Source of the DNA: Pristiophorus japonicus | Lineage: Eukaryota | DNA: 64,000 nt | Direction: 5' to 3' | Assembly: GCF_044704955.1 (NCBI RefSeq) | Contig: NC_091983.1 | Location: 18,042,001 to 18,106,000 of the forward strand | Shown here: in pieces, positions 25,301-38,722 of the stretch | Layout: every line of letters begins with the position of its first letter | Position numbering within the stretch: position 1 is the first letter of the stretch | Notes under the pieces: model-generated | What the model was told of the DNA's origin: nothing | Database searches by the model: none | Seen by the model: the letters and a program-made list of their open reading frames with translations, nothing else | Translations under genes and position numbers: made by a program

Positions 25301-26618
25301 GAAAGGCCTTTGACACTGTCAACCGCGAGGGTCTACGGAACGTCCTCCTCCGTTTTGGATGCCCCCAAAAGTTTGTCAACATCCTTCACCTACTCCACGA
25401 CGACATGCAGGCCGTGATGCTTACCAGTGGATCAATTAGACCCCGGACCGGGGTCAAACAGGGCTGTGTCATCGCCCCAACCCTCTTCTCAATCTTCCTC
25501 GCTGCCATGCTCCACCCCACAGTTAACAAGCTCCCCGCTGGACTGGAACTAAATTGCAGAACCAGTGGGAAGCTGTTCAACTTTTGTCGTCTCCAAGCCA
25601 GGTCCAAGACCACCACAACCTCTGTCATTGAGCTATAGAACGCGGACGTCTGTGCGCATTCTGAGGCTGAACTGCAGGATATAGTCAACGTATTTATTGA
25701 GACATACGAAAGCATGGGCCTTACGCTAAACATCCGTAAGACAAAGGTCCTCCACCAACCTTCCTCGCCACACAGCACCACCCCCCCCCAGTCATCAAGA
25801 TCCATGGTGCAGCCCTGGACAACGTGGACCATTTCCCAAACCTCGGGAGCCGCTTATCAACAAGAGCAGACATTGATGCGGAGATTCAACACCGTCTCCA
25901 GTGCGCCAGTGCAGCCTTCGGCCGCCTGAGGAAAAGAGAGTTTGAAGATGAGGTCCTCAAATCTACCACCAAGCTCATGGTCTACAGGGCTGTAGTTATA
26001 CCCGCCCTCCTGAATGGCTCAGAAGCATGAACGATGCTCAAGTCGCTGGAGTTACATCACCAATGATGTCTCAGCAAGATCCTGCAAATCCCCTGGGAGG
26101 ACAGGCGCACCAACATCAGTGTCCTCGTCCAGGCTAACATCCCCAGCATTGGAGCACTGACCGCACTCGATCAGCTTCGCTAGGCAGGCTACATAGTTCG
26201 CATGCCAGACATGAGACTCCCAAAGCAAGTGCTCTACTCGGAGCTCCTACACGGCAAATGAGCCAAAGGTGGGCAGCGGAAACGTTACAAGGACACCCTC
26301 AAACCTCCCTGATAAAGTGCAACATCGCCACTGACACCTGGGAGTCCCTGGCCCAAGACCGCCCTAAGTGGAGAAAGTGCATCCAAGAGGGCGCTGAGCA
26401 CTTCGAATCTCAATGCCGAGAGCGAGCAGAAATCAAGCGCAGGCAGCGGAAAGAGCGTGCAGCAAACCAGTCCCACCCACCCCTTCCCTCAACGACTATC
26501 TGTCCCACCTGTGACAGAGTCTGTGGCTCTCATATTGGACTGTACAGCCACCTAAGAACTCACTTCAGGAGTGGAAGCAAGTCTTCCTCGATTACGAGGG
26601 ACTGCCTATGACGATGAC
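22330..26618 (+). mobile_element. RTE-clade LINE pseudogene, split by a CR1 insertion at 22441-24257
   Basis: Endonuclease remnant KASWQHPRSKHWHLLEYVI, RT motifs LPESQCGFRP, FFDLTK/AFDTV and GVKQGCVIAPTLF, C-terminal CPTCDRVC..HIGLYSHLRTH zinc finger, and a degenerate (ATG)n tail. Confidence 0.9.
22441..24257 (+). mobile_element. CR1 LINE, 5'-truncated, nested in RTE
   Basis: 358-aa RT-containing ORF 22659-23735, frameshifted C-terminus and a (TTCTATGT)n tail. Confidence 0.93.
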
Positions 26619-26737
26619 ACACTTACCACTGCTGAAAGCCTCACACACACATCTCACACCGTCAGCTATTTGATCGTGACAGGCACATTACCCAAACACA
26701 TTGCACCACGCTCACTCTCACACTTCCCTTTGTCTTG

Positions 26738-26872
26738 CGGGAAAAGGTGGCTTATAACCGGTGGCAGCAGTATTTAACCGGCGGGATACAGGCTGGCCTG
26801 CATCGCCTCACCCCCATGCGGGAGACGGTGCTGGCCATTCTTGAGAGCGGCATGGCTGAGCCTGTGGACGGG
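26738..26872 (+). pseudogene. Fragment resembling a PIF/Harbinger Myb/SANT-like accessory protein exon
   Basis: EKVAYNRWQQYLTGGIQAGLHRLTPMRETVLAILE resembles the ..AHNRRE..TGGG....LTP.EE.VL.I motif. It follows a pyrimidine tract with a decayed acceptor (TTGCGG). Confidence 0.45.
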
Positions 26873-28412
26873 CTAAAAGAATACAAGATGCCGGAATCCT
26901 CATACGCTATCCTCCTTCTCATATTCCACAATCTCTTCTGATTTGCACGCTGCACATGGTGTAAACATGCAGCTCTTGCCTCCCACCCCCCCAGCTCCCC
27001 TCACCACAACCCTACCCTTGTGCCTTTCTTATTTCAAATGTGTTAACATTTACTGCATTGCCTCCCAGCTTAATTTCTCTCAGAGAAATGCTGAGTTCTT
27101 TAATTCTCTCAATGTTTCCTGGCATTCCTTCAATCTTTCCTGTCTCCTACAATCCTCAGGCTGTTAAAACTCAAACTTGCATTATCCAAACACAATTGAA
27201 CTTGTCTTCTTTTTTTAACCTTTCCAACCTTGCTGTCCTGCATTGTGACCTTCACTTCGGGCCACCTTGATTGCCTGTTGACTTGCATGCAGAGGCTGAA
27301 CAATGATCATGATGTATGCATTTTCTGTAACTTTTTAACCGCCTTAAATGGCAATATTACCGTGCTGGAAAAAAAATCTTGCAGGGCATAAAGGGTTAAT
27401 TGATTGTCTCCGATGTAATGGTGGTTATGAAGCAGACTGTATTTTTTTTTGCAACAAAATTGTTCCTGAAAACTGACAGTATATCGCCCCTACTTACATG
27501 TCCTTTGCCATCACTGTGCGGGAAAGGCTTAACTAACCGTGTGTTTTTACCAGATTATTTTGCAAAGCTGTCCAGTTCCAACTGAACGGACCAGACTGTT
27601 AACAGTAAGCAGCACACCATTTAAATACAAGTAATAAAGCACATTTTAGGAAGAACCTGGGAAGTAAAAGCCTGGCACACTCTGCTGATGCTTATGTTAC
27701 ACTATTATGGCATTTGAAACCAAAAAGCAAGTTGAGTATTGGCTTTGAGCTGCCGTGTTCCTGGATCTGGAATCTGCTGGCAGACTGCTAACTCCACTAA
27801 GGAATCCATACTGTTACCCAAAAAATTGTTTTGATTTATTAAAAAAAAAAATTCACTTTTTGCTATCAGCGTTGCAATAATAACACCTGCACGCACACAG
27901 TTTAAATCTACCTTAGCACTTCCTGGAGGGTAGTAAGCCCTCACAGTGGCACCAGCTGACGCTGTCTCCGATAGGATGACTTAATGCTCAGGCAATCTAA
28001 CCACCAGCGGCAGAAGGTTCGGTACGACATGGCCCCTTCAAGGGAATTTAGCAGCTGTCACAACCATAATACTTCCTGCCATGTCAGATTTATGTACCGT
28101 TATTCTATTTATTATTCTATTTTTACTGATGATGTTTACTGTGTTTTTTTAACTTTATTTTTAGTTTTGTTTCTGCATTCTTTTAACAGATAAATAGTCA
28201 CCCTGCTACCTCAAAGCAGCATGAGTTACTTTACTAAATTCATGAAATGTACCAAAAATTGTTGAACTAGCTTTACAGATTTTTATAAAGTATATAAAGG
28301 TAGCAATTACTGTTAATTACAAAACAACCAGCACTCTCGTACCAAATTGCTCTCTCTACTGTCTTTCCATTAAAATAGCAGAAAGCGATGGGTGGGTTAT
28401 GGAATCATGTTT

Positions 28413-28668
28413 AGAATCATAGAATGATACAGCACAGAAAGCGGCCATTCGGCCCATCGGCCTGTACTCTGTGAAAGAGCTATCCGATTAGTCCCACTCC
28501 CCATAGCCCTGCAAAACATTCCCCTTCAATTATTTATCCAAGTCCCCTTTGAAAGTTACATTTGAATCTGCTTCCTCCACCCTTTCAGATTGTAACAACA
28601 CGCTGTGTAAAAAAAAAAAAATCTCCTCATCTCTCCTCTGGTTCTTTTGCCAATGACCTTAAATCCGT
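28413..28668 (-). mobile_element. CR1-family 3' end (older subfamily)
   Basis: AGAATCATAGAATGATACAGCACAGAA...TTTGAATCTGCTTCC, homologous to 50878-51140. Confidence 0.7.
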
Positions 28669-30280
28669 TGAATTAAATTTAAATTGGTGTGAGTGTATTA
28701 AGTGTTCATGCAATCACTTCTACCTGATTCTGTTGCTTCAGATTTCCAACAAGACAGTAACGATACAAGGACCAAAAAAAAGCAGTAAATACACAAACCG
28801 TACAGAACTAAAGATCACCTGTGTTGGAATACATAGGCATCATTTTAGTATGGCCAGTTCTATATAAGCTCTTGCTCTGGGATGATCGATGCTGTTCAAG
28901 ATGATCTTTGGTAAGGCACATCCAAAATAAAAGAAATAATACTGTCGTCAATACCAAACGAATGCATTCAACCAACCCTCCTACCCTCCAATAACAAAAC
29001 CAACCATTCAACAGGAATATAGTGTGAAAGAAAAACAATGGGGGCGCGGGGGAGGGATGAGCTACATGTGCATAAGCCTTTTTAAATTCCTTTTAAGTTG
29101 ACATTACTTAGTTGTTAGGGAGTATGCTGAACTGAATCTCCTGCTCCTCTCTACAGCTGCTGGTTGGTATCAACGGGACTTAAAGAGGAGTGCAAGAGAG
29201 GCAGCCACATCGGTTAAAAAGGACGAAAAGCACACATTGGATATAACATTGTACAGGTTGGCCGCAGAAGTTTAACCTCAAAGACAAATTTATTTAAATA
29301 TTCTAAATTTAGTGCTGTAAAAGGCAATGACCCAAAATATCACATTCCAGTAATTCCTTATACCTTTCCTCCACGGTAACCTTTTTTTTAGGTTTCACCA
29401 TTCTCCGAGGTGTGGACGTGTGATGATGCCCACATTTCAGCACCAGAACTGGTACAAAATTGGCAATCCCACTTGGCCGGGCAGAACGACTGAGGGAAGT
29501 GGAAACATGTCCATGCTCTAGAGGGCGCTGTTTTGAGGGTGGAGCTGAGGCACAGAGTAGAGGGAGATTTACTCTGTAGCTAACGGTGTCCCACCAGACC
29601 TGGGAGCTCTGGATGCTCAGTGATAAGAGAGAAGTGTTGTGCACACGAGCACGCACACCCTTCACCTTTGATGATTCATCCCACCTCCTCTAGAAACAAC
29701 AAACACGCTTCAGTAGCTCATAAGTCTGCAGTACATGGTTTGCACATTACAGGAACCGTGGTCAAAAAATAAAATATAAAACACTCCCATAACAGTTGAA
29801 CAGTTGTGTCCTTGCCGTAGCAACAGCAAAATGGAGAGATACTTGTTCGCTCAATAATTGCCTGAAAATGTGAGAGGCCTCACTGATGTAAGTACTAAAG
29901 ATGAATAAGCACTGTGTTGGATAGTCATCCACATTAGCATTCTCTATCATCCATATAACAGTCAGCTCTGGTTACGGAAATTGCATACTTAAGTACCTCA
30001 TGATCTTTGCTATGCTTTGAGCACAGTTCTGACGTAGTTAGGTTTTTGCAAAAGGCCGCAGTATTGCACTTTAGATTCTTGCCACGACACTTACACATTA
30101 CTTTGAAGTGCACCTTTGAGGTTGCCCTTCATTTGTAAACCTAAGTTGCCTAATTCTAGGATTATCATGAACTTTGTTTTAATGTTGCTAATGCAACTTT
30201 CTCCTGACATATTCCCATTAAAAGATAATTGTAAAAAAATATGGCCTCCCTTCTCCTTTGTGCAAACAACTTCAATTTGT

Positions 30281-33225
30281 GGCACATATAGTTCCACTAG
30301 ATTATCAGGAGCCTGAGCACATGCGCCTCCAGCAGACCAAGAGGAACCTGGACACAGGCAGCTTCACTAGACCAGCAGGAACACGAGCAAATACATCTCC
30401 ACCAGACCATTAGGAAATTGGCCTCACAGACATTCAAAAGATGATCAGGAACCTGGAAATACACATCTCCATCAGACCACCAGTCACCTAAGCACATACA
30501 TCCCCAATAGAGGGAAGCTAGATTATGAAAGTAAACTAGCAAGAAATACAAAAACAGATAGTAAGAGTTTCTAGAGGTCTATAAAAAGGAAGAGAGTGGC
30601 TAAAGTAAATGTTAGTCCCTTAGAGGATGAGACTGGGGAATTAATAATGGGGAACAGAGAAATGGCGGAGACTTTGAACAAATATTTTGTGTCGGTCTTC
30701 ACGGTAGAAGATACTAAAAACATCCCAATAATGGATATTCAAGGGGCTATAGGGAGGGAGGTACTTAAAATTATCATTATCACTAAAGTAGTAGTACTCG
30801 GTAAAATAATGTGACAAGTCCCCTGGACCTGATGGTTTGCATAAAAGAAGTGACTACAGAGATAGTGGATGCATTGGTTGTAATCTACCAAAATTCCATG
30901 GATTCTGAGGAGGTTCCAGCATATTAGAAAACCACAAATGTAACGCCCCTATTTAAAAAAGGAGGCAGGCAGAAAGCAGGAAACTATAGACCAGTTAGCC
31001 TAACATCTGTCGTTGGGAAAATGCTGGAGTCCATTATTAAGGAAGCAGTAGCAGGACATTTGGAAAAGCATAATTTAGTCAAGCAGAGTCAGCATGATTT
31101 TATGAAAGGGAAATCATGTTTGACAAATTTGCTGGAGTTGTTTGAGCATGTAATGAGCAGGATGGATAAAGGGGGAACCAGTGGATGTGATGTATTTGGA
31201 TTTCCAGAAGGCATTCGATAAGGTGCCAAATAAAAGATTAACGCACAAGATAAAAGTTCACGGGGTTGGGGGTAATATATTAGCATGGATAGGGGATTGG
31301 CTAACTTACTGAAAACAGAGAGTCGGGATAATTGGTCGTTTTCCGGTTGGCAAATGGTAACTAGTGGGGTGCCACGGGGATCGGTGCTGGGGTCTCAACT
31401 ATTAACAATCTATATGAATGATTTGGATGAAGAGACCGAGTGTAATGTGGCCAGGTTTGCTGATGATACAAAGATGGGTGGGAAAGCAAGTTGTGAGGAG
31501 GACACACAAGATCTGCAAAGAGATATAGACAGGGTAAGTAAGTGGGCAAAAATTTGGCAGATGGAGTATAATGTGGGAAAGTGTAAGGTTATCCACTTTG
31601 GCAGAAATAATAAAAAAGAAAATTATTATTTAAATGGAGAAAAATGACAAAATGCTGCATGACAGAGGGACTCGGGGTCCTAGTGCATGAAACACAAAAA
31701 GTTAGTATGTAGCTACAACAAGTAATCAGGAAGGCAAATGGAATGTTGGCCTTTATTGCAAGGGGGATGGAGTAGCAGAGAAGTCCTACTACAACTGTAC
31801 AGGGTATTGGCGAGGCCACATCTAGAGTACTGCGTACAGTTTTGATCTCCTTATTTAAGGTGGGATTACACTTGCATTGGAGGCAGTTCAGAGAAAGTTC
31901 ACTCGGTTGATTCCTGAGATGAAGGGGTTAACTTATGAAGAAAGGTTGAGCAGATTGGGCCTGTACGCATTGGAGTTCAGAAGAATGAGAGGTGATCTTA
32001 TTGAAACATATAAGGTAATGAGGGGGCTCGACAAGGGGAATCTAGATCGAGGGGGCATACTTTCACAAAAAGGGACCGCCCATTTAAAACTGAGACGAGG
32101 AGGAATTTCTTCTCTCAGAGGGTTGCAAATCTGTGGAATTCTCTGCCCCAGAGAGCTGTGGAGGCTGTGTCATTGAGTATATTTAAGGCAGAGATAGACA
32201 GTTTTTTTGAGCGATAAGGAAGTAAAGGGTTATGGGGAACAGGCACGGAAGTAGAGCTGAGCCCATGATCAGATCAGCCATGGTCTTATTGAATGGTGCA
32301 GCAGGGGCCAAATGGCCTACACCTGCTCTTATTTCTTATGTTCATATGTTTTTATAGACCAACTTGATCTTGGCCACACATACTTTCACTAGACCATTAG
32401 AAATCTGGGCACATACATCGCCACTAGACCATTAGGAACTTGGACGCATGAATCTCCACTAGACCATCAGGGACCTGGACACATGGATCGCCACTGGACC
32501 ACCAGGAACCTGGACCTGAACAACTCAACTCGACTACTCGCCATCTGAGCGCATACACTTCCAGTAGACCACCAGGAACATGGGCATATATATCTCCGCT
32601 AGAACCGTTCAGAACTTGGACAAATATACTTCCAAAGACTAATGAAGATCTGGGCACATACACCTCCACAACTACCATGGACCTGGACACATAGATAGCC
32701 ACCATATCACCAGAAACCTGGGCAGCACACCTCTACTAGACCATCGGCAACTTGGCCACCTATACCTGAACTAGAACCTCAGCTTATATTGCTCCTCTAG
32801 ACTGTTAAGAACTTTGAAAAATATACCTACAAACAAGGGCACACACGTGTACACTGGACTGACCATCTGCAACATGGCAACGTACATCTCACAGCCTTTC
32901 AGGGATATGGGCATATGCACCTCCAGAGAACTTCAGAAACATAAGCACCTCCACTAGACCGGAAACCATATGGTCACACACACCTTGCCAGACCAACTGC
33001 AAAATGACCACATACACATTTAATAGATGATTAAGAACACAGCCAAATACACCTCCACTAGATCATTAGGAATGTGGTCACATACAAGCCCAATAAATCA
33101 TACCGTTATTAGACTATTAAGAACATGGCCACATACATCTCCAATAGACCAGCAGGATTGTGGACACACATGCGTCCAATAGATTATTAAGAATATGACG
33201 ATGTGCACCTTCACAGGAGACAAGG
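30281..33225. repeat. Old degenerate 35-bp minisatellite (consensus near CACATACATCTCCACTAGACCATCAGGAACCTGGG), split by CR1
   Basis: CCACTAGACC-like core recurs at about 35-bp spacing in 30281-30510 and 32354-33225 (e.g. 32421, 32456, 32491). Confidence 0.85.
30511..32353 (+). mobile_element. CR1 LINE, 5'-truncated and decayed
   Basis: RT motifs GVPRGSVLG and RFADDTK, with a (TTCTTATG)-type tail. ATAG is duplicated at 30507-30510 and 32354-32357. Confidence 0.9.
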
Positions 33226-34991
33226 AACTCTGTACTCTAGTTGTATGAGTTAGAATGACTAACATATAGCACCTTTTTATTTGTTTCTATTTCTGTTGAT
33301 TTTTGGCAATAGTGGCTGTTGGTGATGTCATGCCAGGAAGTGACCTGGAGAATAACCCAGCCTGAAAGTCTGCTGGAATAAAGTATGGTGAGTTGCCTTC
33401 ATTAATTCAGCACACTCCGACAATCGTCAATTCAACAATGCACATTCATTCATCTCTCTCACACCTATAATCTCAGCAATGCCTCTAAGCCAGGTCCTCC
33501 AGTGCTTAAAGGGAAGAGAAATTGTAAGAGACATTGCTCTCCCACGTAGTTAACTGATGTTGTTTCTCTTGGCGCCCTTAGTAAAACAATTGTGACTTCT
33601 ATTTGTGTATAAATGGTCCTGCACACAAGATGGCCCTATTTCCCAGCCAGAAAAAAAATGAACGAAAAATAATTATGCCACACATGTGAGATCATCAGTC
33701 ACCATTGCTACCCGGAGAGCGGTCAGTTTATTTTGATGTGCACTGACTGTCTTACATAGTGCCACTGTTGGGAACGGACAGGGAATGGGAGATCATGGGC
33801 TGAAAAGATGGAAACTGGAGACCTGGAGCTTAAGGGAGAGCAATGGCACATCTGGAGTCTGAGACACTGGAGTAGGAGAGCAGGAACCTGAGAGAGGAGA
33901 ATGGGGGATTGGGAGCATAAGGGGAGTGGGAGACAGGGAGTTTGAGAAAAGGCAACAGCATTGGTGAACCCAGGAAGACAGAAGAAGGATGGGATCAGGC
34001 CAGGAATAAATGAATGCCCTCTCATCAGATTTAGCAATAATTTACCACAATAGCTTTCATATAAGATGTCCCCATCCATATTCAATCCTCAAGCAATGGT
34101 TTTTAATTTCTCACCTAATATGCGTGTTTTTACATTATAAATATTTATACTGTCAGGAGCAGGTCCTTAATACTGCCATGTAAATTGCTTTGTCTTGGTG
34201 ACGGAGGTTACTGTCATGAGATGGGGGAGGGAAGAAGTTCCGAGAGATTTACATCATTTAAACATTTTGCATTTTTCAAAATGACTTCCCCCTTCTGCGG
34301 TGAACAAGGCTTCAGTCAGTAAATTAAGTCTAGGTTTGAATTTAGCATCACGTTACTGAACATTTTAACTTCATTACAACATGTTGGTCTGAGGAAGACT
34401 TCTGGGGGAGGGGGGAAGGAGGAGGGGCTGAGGGTGAGGGGGCGGTGTGGGGTACCTTGAGATCACTTCAAACTTCAATTTGTGGTCATTTAGAAGGCCC
34501 GTTTTTTGAGTTTACGTTGTGGGTGAGGGTAGTTGCTTGGCCGCATGTCGGGAAGTGGAAGACGTGCGGCCATCAGCCTTCTGCCCAAGTCCCATGGTTT
34601 CCTAATAGGCACAGGCAGCACAACGAGGCTCCCTGCTCAGCAGTCCCAACTCAGAAAATAACCAGTGCTGGAAATCAGCATAAAACCTCCATGCAAGTGG
34701 TCATAGTCCAGTTGTACTGAAATCCTGGTACGTTTTGAGTATCCAAGAGGAGACCAGCCCATTGGGGTCCGTATGTGCTCACCCACCACTCCCCATCTCT
34801 TCCCCTGATTTTATCCTGGTGTATCAACCATCACTTAACACCCTCACCTTCCCCCCGCGCCCCCCCACCACCCCGCCTAATTCCTGGAAAGGCCTAAGAA
34901 AAACAGAGACTTGCAGCCCACTCGGGGTCCTCTGCCAAAGGTTTTGCAATAGCGTCCTGTGCCACAATAGCCTAAATTCTGTGCTGTACAC

Positions 34992-35158
34992 GGAGGCAAC
35001 TTTCAACTTCAATCGGGGTGTCTAAATGCCGTTATGCAGCTGGCCCGATTTCATTTACCGTTGAAGTCAATGGTGAGTCAAATCGGGCGGGATGTGTAAC
35101 AGGAGACCGATCAGATGTCGCCAGTATTACACTCCCGCCAAAGTTGAAAGTTACCCCC
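34992..35158. mobile_element. Palindromic MITE (about 167 bp)
   Basis: TIRs GGAGGCAACTTTCAACTT and AAGTTGAAAGTTACCCCC. Internal stem GCCCGATTT..AAATCGGGC around TTGAAGTCAA. Confidence 0.65.
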
Positions 35159-35208
35159 CCCCACCGTGGTTATTAAACAGGAGTGAGAATTAGCGAGTCA
35201 ATTCTTAC

Positions 35209-35248
35209 CTGAACGGCATGCAATGTCCACATCTTTTTCAAAGTCTGT
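35209..35248 (-). CDS. ADGRB3: ADGRB3/BAI3 40-bp coding micro-exon (missed by the ORF track)
   Basis: aaacag|ACAGACTTTGAAAAAGATGTGGACATTGCATGCCGTTCAG|gtaaga gives TDFEKDVDIACRS plus G. It links ...HARIM to (G+TC=V)LHKD in frame. Confidence 0.95.
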
Positions 35249-35408
35249 CTGTTTAGAGTAAAACAGGGAAATCCGTTAACACAAATAAAAGTATAAAACA
35301 TTAAAATATAAACCCAGGTAACAATTTATGCAAAAAAGCTCAAGCAAATTGGCTCGATTTAGCTTTACTCAACTGACTATGAACAAAATGAATTCTTGTG
35401 GTATCAGA

Positions 35409-35738
35409 GAGGGCGGAATTGCCCTGCACACCAATTGGGGGCGGAAATCTTCTGGGGCTCGGGAATTGTCCTTACCGCCCCTTGCCTGCTCCACTTCCTT
35501 TGGGGGGGGGGGGCAGTAACCGTGGAGCTACTGGAACGCTGAAGGAATCGCTACGTGGACGCTCTTCAATGCCCCTCCCCTTCGATTAAATGGGAAGGGC
35601 CGCTGCTCACTCTGCAAGGCCTCTGGTAGCCTCCACACGGCACCAGGGCATTGTGCGACCAGGCCTGCAGCCTGGCACCCAAGACGGAGCACCCCCCGGA
35701 GGCGCTAACGGGGCTATAAAAGGGTCAATTTTTCCTCC
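35409..35738. mobile_element. CpG-rich non-autonomous TIR element
   Basis: Termini GAGGGCGGAATTGCCCT and AGGGTCAATTTTTCCTCC. Core CCCCTTCGATTAAATGGGAAGGGCCGCTGC. Confidence 0.5.
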
Positions 35739-38154
35739 AGAATGTTTACATCCTTGCCTAATGCTTTACAGGTTTGATTTTAAACAGGGCATTATCACCT
35801 TTGAGAATGAAGGCGAGACTAAATTAAAACGGAAGATGGAGCACGCTGGATAATTTTAAATCACATTACAGCTCATTGTGCAGCTGGGTATTGGAACAGC
35901 TTCTTCATATTAGATTGCAATCGTTTGTTATGCGATACAGACAAAAAAAAAAGGGGGTAAATGCAATTCAACATCATTCTGAAAGAGCATATAATGTGCC
36001 TGGAACTAACGATGAATCATTCCGAGGAAGAAATCATTTTTCAATTAAATTAAAAAAAAATAATAGCATTCAATGAGTTTTTTCCGTAGGCCTGAAGCAA
36101 GGCAAGGTCACACCATGAGACACAGCATAAAGCTGTCTATAGGATGAATGAGGCCAAGCTCTTCAAATGAGTGCACCAATTAAACAGCTCAACACTAGCC
36201 TCGTGGATCCATGGGTCCTTGTATAAATATACTGAGAAATTAAATTCAAGTAGCACGTGAAGTCTTTGAATGTCTCAACCCTTGGTTTAAATGATTAACG
36301 TCCTGCTTTACTTATTGGATTTCATACTCGGACGCTGCAGGAGTAATTCTGAGAGCCTTTCTCGTAGCCAGTGTGGGTCAGGGATCGGACCGGGGTGTTA
36401 AAACTGTTATCCTGACTTGCGCTAACAACTAACCAGGTGCCATGCTGGCCACTGTGTCTAGTCCAATGCCACATTGCCTCATTTTGTTGCAGTTAGCTCC
36501 CAGGGCAATTGAACAAACAAAATAAATGCAAGTAAAACTTAATTTTTTTTCCCAATCAAATACTGAAACAAGACTGAGAAGCTTTGCAATAAACCGATCT
36601 CCATCCATTTTGTAATAAAGCTGTTTGTCCAAATGTGCGGGTTATTTTGCAGGGCACCATTCCGAGCTGCTTATCTACACTTTCACACAGTTCCCAGGGG
36701 ACTTGGTTCTGTACATTATGCCCGGAGACATCAGGTGGGTGGTCCTATTGGGATATGAAGAGAAATTGGGGGTTGCTATTTCCCCTGGGAGGAGAGTGGG
36801 GAGGCACAATGGCAAATGTATTATTGTCACATCCGTACTTATTTTTTTCCCCCCGATATACCACGGAGCATTCAGTATACATTTTATAGGAAAGGGTTCA
36901 AATATCAGGGGACACAGGCGATATTTAGTAAGGTAGTCAGTCAGGCAGAACCTCATAAATCAAAGAGTGATGAGAGTTATGGAATAAATGTCAGAGAATT
37001 GTCATAAAGTAGACAGCTAAATAGGTTCAAGGGACAATAACGAGTGCTGCAGGGAAGAAAATGAGTTGAGTGATATCATGAGAAGTCAGATTTTTTGGCG
37101 GGCCGAAATGTCTTTTCCTACTCCATGAAAACATTATGGTCTTTTACTGATCATTTTCTTCAGCAGCCAGTGGAAGAAGAGTGGAAACCCTGCCTGGAAA
37201 CTAAAGCTAGAATGTTCTGTTGATGATATTAACAGATGGATGCTTAATGCACTCATGTGTGAGATTCCTCTGACCGTTATTCTAATGCTGGGCATTGACC
37301 CAAGGCAGTGCATGCTCATACACTATTACCTCCAATGGCAATAAGGCTTTCCAAAATATATTTTGTGATATTATGTTTGGTTAGTTATTTCTCTGCTTAT
37401 TGTTTCCTGAGTCTGCTCATCACATCATACACTATCTCCCTCGGAGGGTAGGAGACCCGACACCAGGCATCAATAAATGCTACTATTTAGCTCGTCCCTT
37501 GTAGGCATGTGACAATACTTCAGGTGGACTCCAGTTCTGCCTCTCTCCCTATGGGGAAACAGCTGGTCTCTAATTACCATCCTCCTCGGTTGAGATCAGG
37601 AACTCACTAGAAAACGTACAGAAGACCCAGACATGTGCTATTAATGGCCAGCCGCCAGGCTGTACCTATGGCACTGACCAAGGGAACTGAATGCAATGGA
37701 GATGGCAGAGTTCAGGCCAGCTGGCGTTATGATGAACTGGCACTAATGCTGTCAAGGAGGCAGAAAATCCTGGAGTGCTGACAAGTCACTCACTTGTGGA
37801 CAGGTCTTTCCTAACTTTCCCTAGTACCAGCAGGACTAGATAGATAGAAAAATCAAACACCCCGTAATATTTGGGGATTTTTTTTATTACTGTTGAGTTA
37901 CTGAGGTAAAGGACTAGTGTGCAGCATGGCACTGAGGTTGAAAAAGGCAGAAGATGAAATAAATGGAGACATAGTGGTTAGTTTATCACCAAGCTTGCGT
38001 TTTAAAAGAATGTAGAAAGAAGGGAGGTGTGAGGGAGGTAAGAAATGTTCCCAGCCGTCATATCCAGGGAATGAATGAAGTTATACAGTCAGTACAAAAT
38101 AATTTGGGGTGACATCAAGACAGTGATTTCATTGAGGGGTTCATACAATGCCAC

Positions 38155-38722
38155 TTCAGTGAAGTACTGAGGGAGAATGCAGTGGCAGGGGTACCATCTT
38201 TCGGATGAGAGGTTAAATTTGCTTCAGGTAAAGAAAGGATTGCATTTATATAGTGCCTTTCACAACCACCGGACGTCTCAAAGCGTTTTACAGCCGAAGT
38301 ACTTTTGGAATATAGTCACTGTTATAATGTAGGAAACGCGGCAGCCAAATTGCGCACAGCAAGCTTCCACAAACAGCAATGTGATAATCTGTTTTTGTTC
38401 TGTTGATTGAGGGATAAATATTAACCAGGAGATACTCTTCTTCGAAATATTGCCATGGGATTTTTTACGTGCACCGGAGAGAGCAGACGGAACTTCGGTT
38501 TAACATCTCACCTGAAAGATGAGACATAAAAGGTAGACATAAAAGATTCCATAGCACTATTCGAAGATAAGTAGGTGAGTTGGTGTCCTGGCCAATATTT
38601 ATTCCCTCAACCAACATCATTAAAAACAGATTAATTATGTCATTCATCGCATTGCTGTTTGTGGGACCTTGCTGTGTGCTCACTAGTTGACACGTTTGTC
38701 TACAAAACAGTGACTACACTTC
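38155..38722. mobile_element. Plus-strand Deu SINE interrupted by a minus-strand Deu SINE (about 38231-38520)
   Basis: 38155-38230 and 38530-38722 are collinear with the + SINE consensus. The block between them is its reverse complement. Confidence 0.75.

Noticed and set aside
30281-33225. 35-bp periodic array as a CRISPR or repeat-protein exon
   Set aside because: There is no constant-repeat/unique-spacer alternation, 35 is not a multiple of 3, and there is no long ORF.
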